From Pseudomonadota bacterium (lineage in GTDB: Bacteria > Pseudomonadota > Gammaproteobacteria > Pseudomonadales > Oceanobacteraceae): DNA of 32,186 nucleotides. Made by a program: the position numbers and the translations under genes. The DNA lies in the NCBI GenBank assembly GCA_036148335.1, contig JAYYHP010000001.1, positions 1 through 32,186 of the forward strand, in the 5' to 3' direction. The notes below the pieces were generated by a model, which worked only from the letters and a program-made list of their open reading frames with translations, ran no database searches and was not told the DNA's origin. This document shows positions 1 through 9,617 of this stretch, piece after piece. The first letter of the stretch is position 1; every line of letters begins with the position of its first letter.

Positions 1-2
1 CT

Positions 3-851
3 GCCCGTTACCTGATCGGTGACGACGAGCACGGTTGGGGCAAAGGCACTGTATTCAACATCGAAGGCGGCTGCTACGCAAAAACCATCGATCTGTCTCA
101 GAAGAACGAACCTATCATCTGGGACGCGATCAAGTTCGGTGCCATCGTTGAGAACGTCACCATCGACGAGAACACTCGTACTGCCGACTACAGCAACACT
201 GAGCTGACTGAAAACGGCCGTTGTGCGTACCCGCTGACTCACGTTGAGAAGCGTGTAGAAGAGAACATGGCAGGCGAGCCAAAAGCGGTTATCTTCCTGA
301 CTTGTGACATGACCGGCGTACTGCCTCCAGTATCTGTCCTGAGCAAAGAGCAAGCGGCTTACCACTTCCTGTCTGGCTACACCGCTCTGGTCGGTTCTAC
401 TGAAATGGGCGGTTCTAAAGGCCTTAAGTCGACCTTCTCTACTTGCTTCGGCGCGCCTTTCTTCCCACGTCCAGCAGGCGTTTACGCTGAACTGCTGATG
501 AAGCGTGTGACTGACTTCGGTTCTCAGGTATACCTGGTGAACACAGGTTGGACTGGCGGTCCTAACGGTGGTGGCGGTGAGCGTTTCAGCATCCCGACGA
601 CCCGCGCTGTGATTGCTGCGATTCAGTCTGGCGCACTGCGTGACGCTGACACTGAAGAACTGCCAATCTTCGGCCTGCAGGTTCCTAAGTCTCTGGAAGG
701 TGTTGACGCGACTCTGCTGAACCCAACCAAAGCTTGGTCAAACGTTTCCGATTGGGAAGGTGCGGCTAAGAACCTGGCTGCTCAGTTCGTTGAAAACTTC
801 AAGAAGTACGACGTCTCTGACGCCATCGTAAATGCAGGTCCTCAGCTGTAA
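3..851 (+). CDS. pckA: Phosphoenolpyruvate carboxykinase (ATP), 5'-truncated by the window edge
   Basis: Frame 3 is open from base 3 and reads [27 protein letters not shown] (the PEPCK-ATP signature). It continues into the 267..851 ORF ([43 protein letters not shown]). Confidence 0.97.
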   Translation, partial: ARYLIGDDEHGWGKGTVFNIEGGCYAKTIDLSQKNEPIIWDAIKFGAIVENVTIDENTRTADYSNTELTENGRCAYPLTHVEKRVEENMAGEPKAVIFLTCDMTGVLPPVSVLSKEQAAYHFLSGYTALVGSTEMGGSKGLKSTFSTCFGAPFFPRPAGVYAELLMKRVTDFGSQVYLVNTGWTGGPNGGGGERFSIPTTRAVIAAIQSGALRDADTEELPIFGLQVPKSLEGVDATLLNPTKAWSNVSDWEGAAKNLAAQFVENFKKYDVSDAIVNAGPQL

Positions 852-876
852 GCTGATCCCGCTTTACGAATATAAG

Positions 877-901
877 AAAGGGCGCTACGGCGCCCTTTTT
901 T
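877..901 (+). terminator. Rho-independent terminator after pckA, probably bidirectional
   Basis: AAAGGGCGC-TACG-GCGCCCTTT hairpin followed by a T tract and preceded by an A-rich tract; it lies between convergent pckA and the histidine kinase. Confidence 0.9.
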
Positions 902-929
902 GTTCCTGCTGATTAAAGGTATGCCGGTA

Positions 930-2420
930 TCAACCAGCGTGCGCCAACTCGAACTCAAACCGCGTTCCCTGATTCACCCGGCTAACCACCTGAATATCCG
1001 TCTCGTGAATCGCCAGAATACGCTTCACGATCGCCAGCCCGAGTCCTGTACCAATCTGGCTTGAGTGCTCTGTCTCTTTAGATTGATAGAAACGATCAAA
1101 GATATGCGGCAGTTCATGGCTGTCGATGCCCACTCCGGTATCGGCAACCGCGATACGGCTACCATGCTCTAGCACTTCAACACTCAGCTCCACGCTTCCA
1201 CCACGAGGCGTATGCCGGATCGCATTGGCGACCAGATTATCAAGCACGCGCTGCATTAAACGAATATCCGCGCGCACCCAGGCATCGCCTTCTGGCGGCA
1301 TGGTCACTGCCAATGTCACACCGCGCCGCTCTGCCAGCTGCATCAGATCCTGACGGCAATCCTGTAACAACTCACAAATAGAAAAAGACTCTGTCTCGAG
1401 CGCCTGTCCGTCCGTTTCCAACGACGCCAGTTCAAATAAATCGTTCACAAGCCGCCCCAACCGGACGCTCTGTTTATGCGCTGATTGCAGAAGTTGATGC
1501 TGGTCTCCCGGGCTCAGCGCATCCGATTTGAGCACCGCCAACTCCAGTGCGCCTTGCAAAGCCGCAAGAGGGGTTCGTAAATCATGGGAGACGTTGGCGA
1601 TCAGTTCACGGCGTGTTCGGTCGAGCTGTTCAATAGACTCAAGCTGAGTGGCGATGGTGTCTTGCAGGTTGGCAAAACAGTACTGCAACTGGGTCACTTC
1701 ATTGTGAGAATCCGCGCTCACCGGCGACAGACTCCGATCACCCACCTGATACTCGGTCATTGCCTGGCGCAATTGCCGCAGTGGACGGGTCACGGTGAGA
1801 GTCAGCCATCCGCCCACCAGTACGGTACTGAGTACGGCGATCATCGCCAGCGACGTAAAAAGGTTCTGGTAATAGGTATTCTCGGCCGCTGCTTTCATCT
1901 GGTGGTACACCTCACCACCGACAACAACGTAGACATAGCCGTGAAGCACCCCATCAATCATGACGGGAGCCACTGAGAAGGCAGTCAGTTCATCCGGGCG
2001 ACGAGGATCATCCCCCATAATTGGAAAGCCATCACCGGCCAGAAAGCGCGCAATGCTGGCCGTATTCACTTCGCTCAGTACCACCGACTCAGTAGGCAGC
2101 CGATGTGCAAGTACCGCACCCTCAGGATCGAGTACATAAATTTCCAGAGCAGGGTTAATGATCATGGCGCGCGCGGCGAGCTCACTGAGGCGCTCTTCAT
2201 TGACGCCCTGCTCATCAATCACGGGGGCCTGCTCCGCGATGTACATGGCGGTCGAGCGGTTAATCCCTTGCAGCGCTGCCAGCTCACCCTGTTGTGCCGT
2301 GACCTGAGCCAGCCAAATCAGGCTGCCGCCCAGCCCGACGACTAATACAAGAAAAATCAGAGCCATCCGCGCTGACAGTGATGTCAGTCGAACGGTGCTC
2401 ACGGAATACTCAGCCGCCAT
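930..2420 (-). CDS. HAMP-domain sensor histidine kinase (2 TM, periplasmic sensor, HisKA, HATPase)
   Basis: Two hydrophobic segments, HAMP (TRPLRQL...EVTQL), H-box NVSHDLRTPL, N-box DNLVANAIRHT, G1 DTGVGI, F-box IFDRFY, G2 GTGLGLAI. Overlaps the regulator stop by 11 bp. Confidence 0.95.
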   Translation of the reverse strand: MAAEYSVSTVRLTSLSARMALIFLVLVVGLGGSLIWLAQVTAQQGELAALQGINRSTAMYIAEQAPVIDEQGVNEERLSELAARAMIINPALEIYVLDPEGAVLAHRLPTESVVLSEVNTASIARFLAGDGFPIMGDDPRRPDELTAFSVAPVMIDGVLHGYVYVVVGGEVYHQMKAAAENTYYQNLFTSLAMIAVLSTVLVGGWLTLTVTRPLRQLRQAMTEYQVGDRSLSPVSADSHNEVTQLQYCFANLQDTIATQLESIEQLDRTRRELIANVSHDLRTPLAALQGALELAVLKSDALSPGDQHQLLQSAHKQSVRLGRLVNDLFELASLETDGQALETESFSICELLQDCRQDLMQLAERRGVTLAVTMPPEGDAWVRADIRLMQRVLDNLVANAIRHTPRGGSVELSVEVLEHGSRIAVADTGVGIDSHELPHIFDRFYQSKETEHSSQIGTGLGLAIVKRILAIHETDIQVVSRVNQGTRFEFELAHAG

Positions 2421-3201
2421 TAAATTTATATCCTACGCCCCACACTGTGACGATGATGGACGGGCTTGAAGGGTGATCCTCCAGCTTGGCCCGCAAACGA
2501 TTAATATGAGAGTTCACGGTATGTTCGTAACCACTATGGCCGTATCCCCATACCCGCTCGAGTAATTCCGCCCGGGTAAATACCGTGCCCGGATGGGCCA
2601 TAAACAGCGCCAACAGATCGAACTCGGTCGACGTGAGTGTTAATGCTTGCCCGCCACGCCAGCATTCATGTGTTCTCAGATCCAGCTGCATATTGGCAAC
2701 AGACAAACGGCTCACCTCAGGGGCAGGTGCCGCAGACTTTGCTGCACGACGCAGCAACGCCTTGATGCGCGCGCCTAATTCCAGCATTGAAAAGGGCTTT
2801 ACCATGTAGTCATCGGCACCCATTTCCAGCCCCAACACGCGGTCCAGTTCACCAGAGCGACTGGTCAACATAAGCACCGGGGTATCGTTACTGTGGGCAC
2901 GTAAATCCCGACAGATTTCAAGGCCATCTTTATTGGGTAAGCGCACGTCCAGAACAATTAATGACCACGTTTCTTCATTGGCTCGCTGAAATCCTCTCAG
3001 ACCGTCAGCCTCAAGCACCAAGTCATAATCGGCATTTAAATGCCCGAAAATAACCTCAGCAATCGCAGAGTCGTCTTCGATCACCAGAATACGAGCGCGC
3101 GGTACAGCGCTGGTTAATGCGGAATCCGTTTTAGATCCTGGCGCTCGCACAGAGAGTGGGCTCAGGGGTGGCGTGTGCGGCGAATTCAGTGCGTGGCTCA
3201 T
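2410..3201 (-). CDS. OmpR/PhoB-family response regulator
   Basis: Receiver (ILVIEDD, IVLDVRLP, MLTS, GADDYMVKPF) plus winged helix (LTSTEFDLL, TVNSHINRLRAKLE, IVTVWGVGYKF). AGGAG RBS upstream of the ATG at 3201. Confidence 0.95.
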   Translation of the reverse strand: MSHALNSPHTPPLSPLSVRAPGSKTDSALTSAVPRARILVIEDDSAIAEVIFGHLNADYDLVLEADGLRGFQRANEETWSLIVLDVRLPNKDGLEICRDLRAHSNDTPVLMLTSRSGELDRVLGLEMGADDYMVKPFSMLELGARIKALLRRAAKSAAPAPEVSRLSVANMQLDLRTHECWRGGQALTLTSTEFDLLALFMAHPGTVFTRAELLERVWGYGHSGYEHTVNSHINRLRAKLEDHPSSPSIIVTVWGVGYKFNGG

Positions 3202-3317
3202 CGTATTCTCCTACAAATAGTCTCCGAAGCGACTCCCGCTCCGGTGACTTATTTGTCGCACTATCGCTGCGTTTTATTACGCACTCCTGTTCGATTAATC
3301 CGTATCGCCGATCAACA

Positions 3318-4013
3318 TCACTCAGTACGGGTAATGACGATGCCTGCAACCGGATTATCGAAGCGGTGCTCTTCACCCAGTACGGAGTCCGCTCGGCCAC
3401 CCAAGACACCAATCACACCCGGGTGCACCAGAATCCGATCACTGTCATCGCGCTCGGCACTGAACCCTTCGCCACCCGCGGCGGGCCCAGGAATGGTCGC
3501 GGCAAATTCATTGTTGGATTCGGTGCCAGCATCGTATGCCGCCATGGATTGATGAACTGAGCCTCCCAGCTCGATGGCATCCAGAGCCACACCTCGAACG
3601 GCCGTTAGAGCATCATTGGTGTTCACCAACATGGTGACCGCCGACAGGCTCGCCTGATCCAGATCAGACTCCGGTACTGAGATTTCAAACGTCGCTGTCA
3701 TACCCGGCATCACAATGCCCGTGCCAGAGATGCTCTTCATCACCTGTGCGTTGCCCTCTAGCTCAGCCAGCAACGCACTGTTGTCGCCGCTCTCTGCAAT
3801 CTGCTCCAACGCAACACTGGCGGGCTCGGCGAGCTCGAACAGAGACCAGTCGGGTGAGGCAACCGCAAGTGTCATCGGCGAGAGCGGCTGGGCCGCCGTC
3901 AAGTTGGTAACCGCTACCTCGAAGGTCGCCATTTCTGGATCACTGTCTTTGCCACCACAAGCCGTAAGAACCGCAGCGGCGCACAGAATTAAAGATGTCT
4001 GTTGAATGGTCAT
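3318..4013 (-). CDS. Spondin_N-domain lipoprotein
   Basis: Lipobox LTA|C. Motifs VTNLT..QPLSP, LEQIAESGD, MLVNTNDA and YDAGTESNNE are typical of bacterial spondin-domain proteins. AGGAG RBS upstream. Confidence 0.8.
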   Translation of the reverse strand: MTIQQTSLILCAAAVLTACGGKDSDPEMATFEVAVTNLTAAQPLSPMTLAVASPDWSLFELAEPASVALEQIAESGDNSALLAELEGNAQVMKSISGTGIVMPGMTATFEISVPESDLDQASLSAVTMLVNTNDALTAVRGVALDAIELGGSVHQSMAAYDAGTESNNEFAATIPGPAAGGEGFSAERDDSDRILVHPGVIGVLGGRADSVLGEEHRFDNPVAGIVITRTE

Positions 4014-4023
4014 CGGGCTCTCC

Positions 4024-4728
4024 TTATTTCACCGTTACTACAACCTTCGCCACTGGGTTGAGCCAGCGATGAGAGAGGTCGATGTCACTTTGTCCGCCCT
4101 CGGTGTCGGCGTCTCCAGTCACACCGCGGTGAATGTGCACATAGCCTTCAACACTGGCGTCGATGCCCGTCCCGTTTGTCCCGATCGTGGCAGCCACTGG
4201 TGGCGGTGCAGGAAAGCCCGCTTCGCCGGGAGCACCGCTGCCCAGCACTTCATCGTTAGCTTCGGTGCCGGCGTCGTACGCGTTCAGTGCCACCGGATAA
4301 ACGCCGGGTTCTGATGGGATTTTCCATTGGTTGAGCGCGACAAAACCATCGTTCGTCGGCAGCATCATGGCAACGATGGAGAGGTATGTGTTATCGCTGG
4401 CGTTGTCGGTATTCAGGGTGACTTCCGTCGTCGCCCCCGGTGACAGTAAGCCGCCAGCAGGGTTTTCCGCATTAACCGCACCCGCACCAGACAGTGCTGT
4501 GGCCAGACCAGAAATATCGCCGCCTTCGGCCATGGCCTGAAGCTCGGCACTGGCGGTGGCACCGGCCATAAACATGGATTGCCCATCGCTGTGAGCCGAC
4601 ACCAGAAGCGGAGTAAAAAAGACACCGGCGGTGACGTTGGTAATCGCAACATCAAATTCAGCGGCGTGCGACATACTGGCGGTGCCAGCAATAGCAAGAG
4701 CCAAGGCGGAGGTAGTCAATCGAATCAT
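4024..4728 (-). CDS. Spondin_N-domain exported protein, paralog of the downstream lipoprotein
   Basis: Start moved to ATG 4728 (CAGGA RBS; signal peptide MIRLTTSALALAIAGTASMSHA|A). Motifs ITNVT..FFTP, LQAMAEGGD, MLPTNDGF, YDAGTEANDE. Confidence 0.8.
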   Translation of the reverse strand: MIRLTTSALALAIAGTASMSHAAEFDVAITNVTAGVFFTPLLVSAHSDGQSMFMAGATASAELQAMAEGGDISGLATALSGAGAVNAENPAGGLLSPGATTEVTLNTDNASDNTYLSIVAMMLPTNDGFVALNQWKIPSEPGVYPVALNAYDAGTEANDEVLGSGAPGEAGFPAPPPVAATIGTNGTGIDASVEGYVHIHRGVTGDADTEGGQSDIDLSHRWLNPVAKVVVTVK

Positions 4729-4820
4729 GAGCGTGTCCTGTCGGTTAGTATGAACAAATGAAAGGTCGGAGAATGCTCCTGACCGATCACTACTCTGCGC
4801 CACAGCCCTTCGTGAAAGCC

Positions 4821-4845
4821 TCACAAAATCATCACAAAGATGTCA
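4821..4845. promoter_or_regulatory. Candidate OmpR/PhoB-type binding site (direct repeats with 11-bp period)
   Basis: TCACAAA at 4821 and 4832, with a third TCA at 4843, about 95 bp upstream of the spondin operon. Confidence 0.5.
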
Positions 4846-4973
4846 TCTTTCAATCACTGCCAGACAGCACCGCCTGTCATCGCAGTTTTTGTTGCCCCAG
4901 TGAACGACCATCGTGTTCAGCCCAACAAGGCACAGGTATACTCACGCCATCGTGAATAAAGTACCTGTGAGCC

Positions 4974-7307
4974 ATGTCCCTGCCTTCGATTACCCAACGC
5001 CTCGCTACCGAACTGAATATCCGCCCACAACAGGTTGACGCCACCATCGCCCTGCTCGATGAAGGCGCGACTGTGCCCTTTATTGCCCGTTACCGGAAAG
5101 AAGTAACGGGCGCTCTGGATGACAGCCAGTTGCGTACTCTCGAAGAGCGTTTGGGTTATTTACGCGACATGGAAGATCGCCGGGCGTCGGTTCTCAACAG
5201 CATTGAAGAACAGGGCAAGCTCACCCCAGAACTTAAGCAGGCGCTGCTGACGGCTGAAACCAAAACCCGCATTGAAGATCTGTACCTGCCCTACAAGAAA
5301 AAGCGTCGCACCAAGGGTCAGATGGCCATTGAAGCAGGTCTGGAGCCATTGGCCGATGCCCTGTTCAACGACCCAACTCTTACACCAGAGCAGGAAGCCG
5401 AAAAATTCTTTAACAGCGAGCACAGCATTGGCGATACCAAGGCTGCACTCGACGGGGCTAAATACATTCTAATGGAGCGCTTTGCCGAGAACGCCGACTT
5501 GCTCGCGGCGTTGCGCCGCTTCCTGAAGCAAGAAGCCACACTCTCTGTTCGCGTGGTGCCGGGTAAAGAAAAAGAAGGCGAAAAGTTCGCCGACTACTTT
5601 GAGCACGACGAGCCGCTTAAATCGGTACCGGGGCATCGTGCGCTTGCTATTCTGCGTGGTCGCAACGAGGGCGTATTGTCTTTCTCACTGGTCACCGGCG
5701 ATCCGGACGACAAGCTTGCGGCCAGCCCCTGCGAAGCCATCATTGCCGAGCACTCGGGCATTGAGAACGAAGGCCGTGCCGCCGACCGTTGGTTGGCCGA
5801 GGTCGTCAAATGGACGTGGCGCATCAAGCTGCTGACCAGCCTCGAGACCGAGCTGATTGGCCAGCTGCGTGAACAGGCCGAGGAAAGCGCGATAAAAGTC
5901 TTTGCTGATAACCTGAAAGACCTGTTGTTAGCCGCACCGGCGGGGCCAAAAGCCACCATCGGACTGGATCCGGGCCTGCGTACCGGGGTGAAAGTCGCGG
6001 TCGTCGATAAAACCGGCAAAGTCCTCGATCACTGCGCTATCTTCCCAACGCCGCCGCAAAATCGCATCGCCGAATCCGAAGCCGTGCTGCTGGCGCTGAT
6101 TCAAAAGCACAATGCCGAGCTGATCGCGATTGGTAACGGTACTGCTTCGCGCGAAACCGATAAGTTTGTTGGCGATCTGCTGAAAAAACACAAAGACCTG
6201 AACGTGCAGAAAATCATGGTCAACGAGGCCGGTGCCTCGGTGTACTCAGCTTCCGAGCTGGCGGCCAAAGAATTTCCGGATCTGGACGTGACCATTCGTG
6301 GCGCCGTATCCATTGCTCGTCGCTTGCAGGACCCGTTGGCCGAACTGGTGAAAATCGAACCCAAGTCCATCGGTGTTGGCCAGTATCAGCATGATGTTAA
6401 CCAGAGCCAATTAGCGCGCACACTGGATGCTGTCGTAGAGGACTGTGTGAACTCGGTGGGTGTCGACCTGAACACGGCCTCCGCGCCGCTGCTGACTCGG
6501 GTCTCTGGCCTCAACGCCACATTAGCCAATAACATCGTTGCCTTCCGCGACGTGAACGGTGCCTTCACGTCGCGCAAAGACCTGGCCAAGGTGCCGCGTT
6601 TAGGGGACAAAACCTTCGAGCAGGCAGCGGGCTTCCTACGCATCATGAACGGTACCAACCCGCTTGATGCCTCAGGCGTTCACCCTGAGTCCTATCCGGT
6701 GGTGGAGCGTATTGCCCATGAATTCTCACGCGATGTCAGCAGCCTGATTGGCGACGGCAGCTTTCTGAAATCTGTCAATGCAGGCCAGTTCACAGATGAG
6801 CATACCGGCGAACTCACCTTAAAAGATATCCTGAGTGAGCTTGAAAAGCCGGGCCGTGATCCTCGCCCTGAATTCCGCTTTGCGGAATACAAAGACGGCG
6901 TCGAAGACATCAAAGACCTGAAGCCAGGTATGATTCTCGAAGGCGCCATCACCAACGTGGCAGCGTTTGGTGCCTTTGTGGATATCGGCGTCCATCAGGA
7001 TGGCTTAGTGCATATTTCGGCGCTGGCCGACCACTTTGTGAAAGATCCACGTGATGTCGTCAAAGCTGGCGACATCGTGAAAGTGAAAGTCATGGAAGTG
7101 GATGTGTCGCGAAAGCGCATTGGCTTATCCATGCGTTTAAGCGATGATACGCCGCCGTCAAATGACACTGGTGCCAGAAGGCACTCGTCCAGACAAGGCA
7201 AGACATCAGAGCGAACGGCCAAGCGTCCAGCTGACGCATCCAGTGCATCAACTGGCGCCATGGCGGGTGCCTTCGCTCAAGCCTTTGCGAAGGCAAAAAA
7301 GAAATAG
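4974..7307 (+). CDS. tex: Tex/YhgF RNA-binding transcriptional accessory protein
   Basis: [34 protein letters not shown], YqgF-like [21 protein letters not shown], and a C-terminal S1 domain ([22 protein letters not shown]). Confidence 0.97.
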   Translation: MSLPSITQRLATELNIRPQQVDATIALLDEGATVPFIARYRKEVTGALDDSQLRTLEERLGYLRDMEDRRASVLNSIEEQGKLTPELKQALLTAETKTRIEDLYLPYKKKRRTKGQMAIEAGLEPLADALFNDPTLTPEQEAEKFFNSEHSIGDTKAALDGAKYILMERFAENADLLAALRRFLKQEATLSVRVVPGKEKEGEKFADYFEHDEPLKSVPGHRALAILRGRNEGVLSFSLVTGDPDDKLAASPCEAIIAEHSGIENEGRAADRWLAEVVKWTWRIKLLTSLETELIGQLREQAEESAIKVFADNLKDLLLAAPAGPKATIGLDPGLRTGVKVAVVDKTGKVLDHCAIFPTPPQNRIAESEAVLLALIQKHNAELIAIGNGTASRETDKFVGDLLKKHKDLNVQKIMVNEAGASVYSASELAAKEFPDLDVTIRGAVSIARRLQDPLAELVKIEPKSIGVGQYQHDVNQSQLARTLDAVVEDCVNSVGVDLNTASAPLLTRVSGLNATLANNIVAFRDVNGAFTSRKDLAKVPRLGDKTFEQAAGFLRIMNGTNPLDASGVHPESYPVVERIAHEFSRDVSSLIGDGSFLKSVNAGQFTDEHTGELTLKDILSELEKPGRDPRPEFRFAEYKDGVEDIKDLKPGMILEGAITNVAAFGAFVDIGVHQDGLVHISALADHFVKDPRDVVKAGDIVKVKVMEVDVSRKRIGLSMRLSDDTPPSNDTGARRHSSRQGKTSERTAKRPADASSASTGAMAGAFAQAFAKAKKK

Positions 7308-7335
7308 TTCATAAACCAAGTAGTAAGAGACTGTT

Positions 7336-9522
7336 GTGCACAAACAAGGACGTATAAGTTCCGCTATCAGCGCGTTCATTCTTCTCGGCCTGTCAGGACT
7401 GGTCTGTACCGCCAGTGCGATGGAGGACCCGATGTGGTCTGCGTCCGGCGATGATCTTATACCCTTTGTGCTCACCCCAGCCCGCTTAAAGCAACCCACG
7501 GCAGAGGTTCCGGCCAGCGTTACCGTCATTGACCGGGACCTGATTGAAGCCGTGGGAGCACAGGAGGTCAGCGAACTGCTTCGATACGTACCAGGCATGC
7601 TGGTCGCACCAGAACCGCTGAGCAATACCGACAACGTGGTTTATCACGGCGGTACGGCGCTCGTCCCGACTGACATGGAAGTACTGATTGACGGTCGAGC
7701 GATATATCGGGCAGGCCTGTCTTCCGTTACCTGGAGCAATCTGCCGGTTGCGGTTGAAGAAATTCAACGTATTGAAGTGGTACGGGGCCCGAACTCGACA
7801 GCCTATGGAACCAACGCCTATAAAGCCGTTATCAACATTATTACCATGCACCCGGAAGATACCGCAGGCGATCAGAAAGTTAACCTGACTCTGGGCAATA
7901 ACGGGTATCAGCATGTCCATCTACAAAGCGGCTTTGAGGCACTTGGTGGATTCTGGCGAGTGACTGGCGTCGATCGCGGCACCGATCATCTGGACGACGG
8001 ACTGGACCCAGAGCGATTTGGCTGCAGCAACGGTGACGACTGCGCAGACCGCCGTGATTCACGCTTCGCCAATGTACGCGGATTTTATACCCTACCAGAC
8101 GGCGACTCTCTTGATGTCGCTCTGGTAGCATCCAAATCGCAGCGTAACGTCCCCGACTTTGACCTCGATAGCAATAAGGTACGCGAAGCTCACCATGAAA
8201 TTGGGTTCCGGTACACGTCGCTTCTGAATGAAGCACACGAGCTTAAATTATCGCTATACGGAACCGAGTACCAACGCGAACAGACACAACGCCTATATGA
8301 GGGCGTGGCCGGTGCCTTCGACCCCCAACTGGGCGCCCTGTATCGGCTCAATAGTGATGCCGCCATGCAAGTGGTGAGTGGGCAACAACCGACAGCACTG
8401 GATACCAGCGACCCCGAACAAGTGGCCTTGTTCACGACGCTGGCTCAACGCTACGCCGACCCTGCTGACTTCCTGATACCAGTCAATGCCATCAGCCGTG
8501 CCAGTACCACTGAAAAGCGTGTGGACATCGAACTGCAGGATACCTACTCACCGACGAGCACATTGACGGTGCTGAGCGGTATTGGCTTCCGCTATGACAA
8601 CGTCTACTCCTACGATTATTACAAAGGTGAAATCGACCAGACCACATCCCGTATTTTCGCCAATGTGAACTGGCATGCTACGGATGACTGGGTACTCCAC
8701 TCAGGTGCAATGGCAGAGATCTCAGAGTCATTTTCGCCTGCGAAATCCTTTCGTGCTGCGGCGAATTATCTGATCAGTCCGGTGCAGTCGTTCCGCCTTG
8801 TTTACAGCCAAGCGGCGAAAACGCCTGACTTGATTAAAGAGTATGCGCAGTGGTCGTATGGCGTCGATTACATTGAAACGGAATCGCCCTACGCCACCGG
8901 TGACTTCTACGCCAGTTTCATTGCCGACGGCGGCCTCGATGCGGAAATGATCTACTCATACGAACTTGGCTACTACGGGCAATCACAGCTCAACGGCAAG
9001 GCTGAATGGGACATTCGCCTGTTTCGCGAAAAGCTGGACGGAGCACATTATCTGTACCCATCAATCTGGGCTGATCGCGTGAATTCGGACAACTGTATCC
9101 GCTACACCGGTGTGGAATGGCAGGCCGTATACCAGCTCAGTGCTTCGTGCGGTTTGCGCACAAATGGCGCCTATATTCAGGTCGATATTCACGCAGAAGA
9201 AGGCCTGAGTGACGGTGAGCTACTGGGTATGTATGCACCGTTTTCACAAACACTAAGCTGGAATCAACGCTGGACGTCAGGGCTCAACTCAACATTGAGC
9301 CTGATGTTGGTTGAGGACCTTGGCGAAGCCGGCGGCCACGACAATACCGTCGATTTCCGTCGCCTCAATGCTACCGTCTATGGTGTACGCAAAGCTGAAA
9401 CACTCGATGTAAACTGGCGTTTATCGCTACAGCGCGATTTCACATCTGACCCTTACCTGCCAGGCGGGGCCAGTTACGCGCAAGCGACCCGAGTACAGGC
9501 GACAGTGGGCACCCGGTTCTGA
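7336..9522 (+). CDS. TonB-dependent outer-membrane receptor, substrate unknown
   Basis: Signal peptide, plug motifs (PASVTVIDRDLI, ELLRYVPG, VLIDGR, IQRIEVVRGPNSTAYG..AVINIIT), amphipathic beta strands and a C-terminal Phe. Confidence 0.9.
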   Translation: MHKQGRISSAISAFILLGLSGLVCTASAMEDPMWSASGDDLIPFVLTPARLKQPTAEVPASVTVIDRDLIEAVGAQEVSELLRYVPGMLVAPEPLSNTDNVVYHGGTALVPTDMEVLIDGRAIYRAGLSSVTWSNLPVAVEEIQRIEVVRGPNSTAYGTNAYKAVINIITMHPEDTAGDQKVNLTLGNNGYQHVHLQSGFEALGGFWRVTGVDRGTDHLDDGLDPERFGCSNGDDCADRRDSRFANVRGFYTLPDGDSLDVALVASKSQRNVPDFDLDSNKVREAHHEIGFRYTSLLNEAHELKLSLYGTEYQREQTQRLYEGVAGAFDPQLGALYRLNSDAAMQVVSGQQPTALDTSDPEQVALFTTLAQRYADPADFLIPVNAISRASTTEKRVDIELQDTYSPTSTLTVLSGIGFRYDNVYSYDYYKGEIDQTTSRIFANVNWHATDDWVLHSGAMAEISESFSPAKSFRAAANYLISPVQSFRLVYSQAAKTPDLIKEYAQWSYGVDYIETESPYATGDFYASFIADGGLDAEMIYSYELGYYGQSQLNGKAEWDIRLFREKLDGAHYLYPSIWADRVNSDNCIRYTGVEWQAVYQLSASCGLRTNGAYIQVDIHAEEGLSDGELLGMYAPFSQTLSWNQRWTSGLNSTLSLMLVEDLGEAGGHDNTVDFRRLNATVYGVRKAETLDVNWRLSLQRDFTSDPYLPGGASYAQATRVQATVGTRF

Positions 9523-9562
9523 TAACGGACTGTTCAGACTTCTGCACCAGTGAGTTTTGTTG

Positions 9563-9591
9563 TTAGACTTCATCCGGATTCGCCCTATAAT
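9563..9591 (+). promoter_or_regulatory. Putative sigma70 promoter of gshA
   Basis: TAGACT (9564-9569) and a perfect TATAAT (9586-9591) with 16-bp spacing, about 30 bp before the start. Confidence 0.55.
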
Positions 9592-9617
9592 CCGCTCAAC
9601 TCTCCCTGCATCCAGAG

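Noticed and set aside
930-3201. Naming the pair envZ/ompR
   Set aside because: The position fits, but diagnostic H-box and recognition-helix residues differ, so symbols were withheld.
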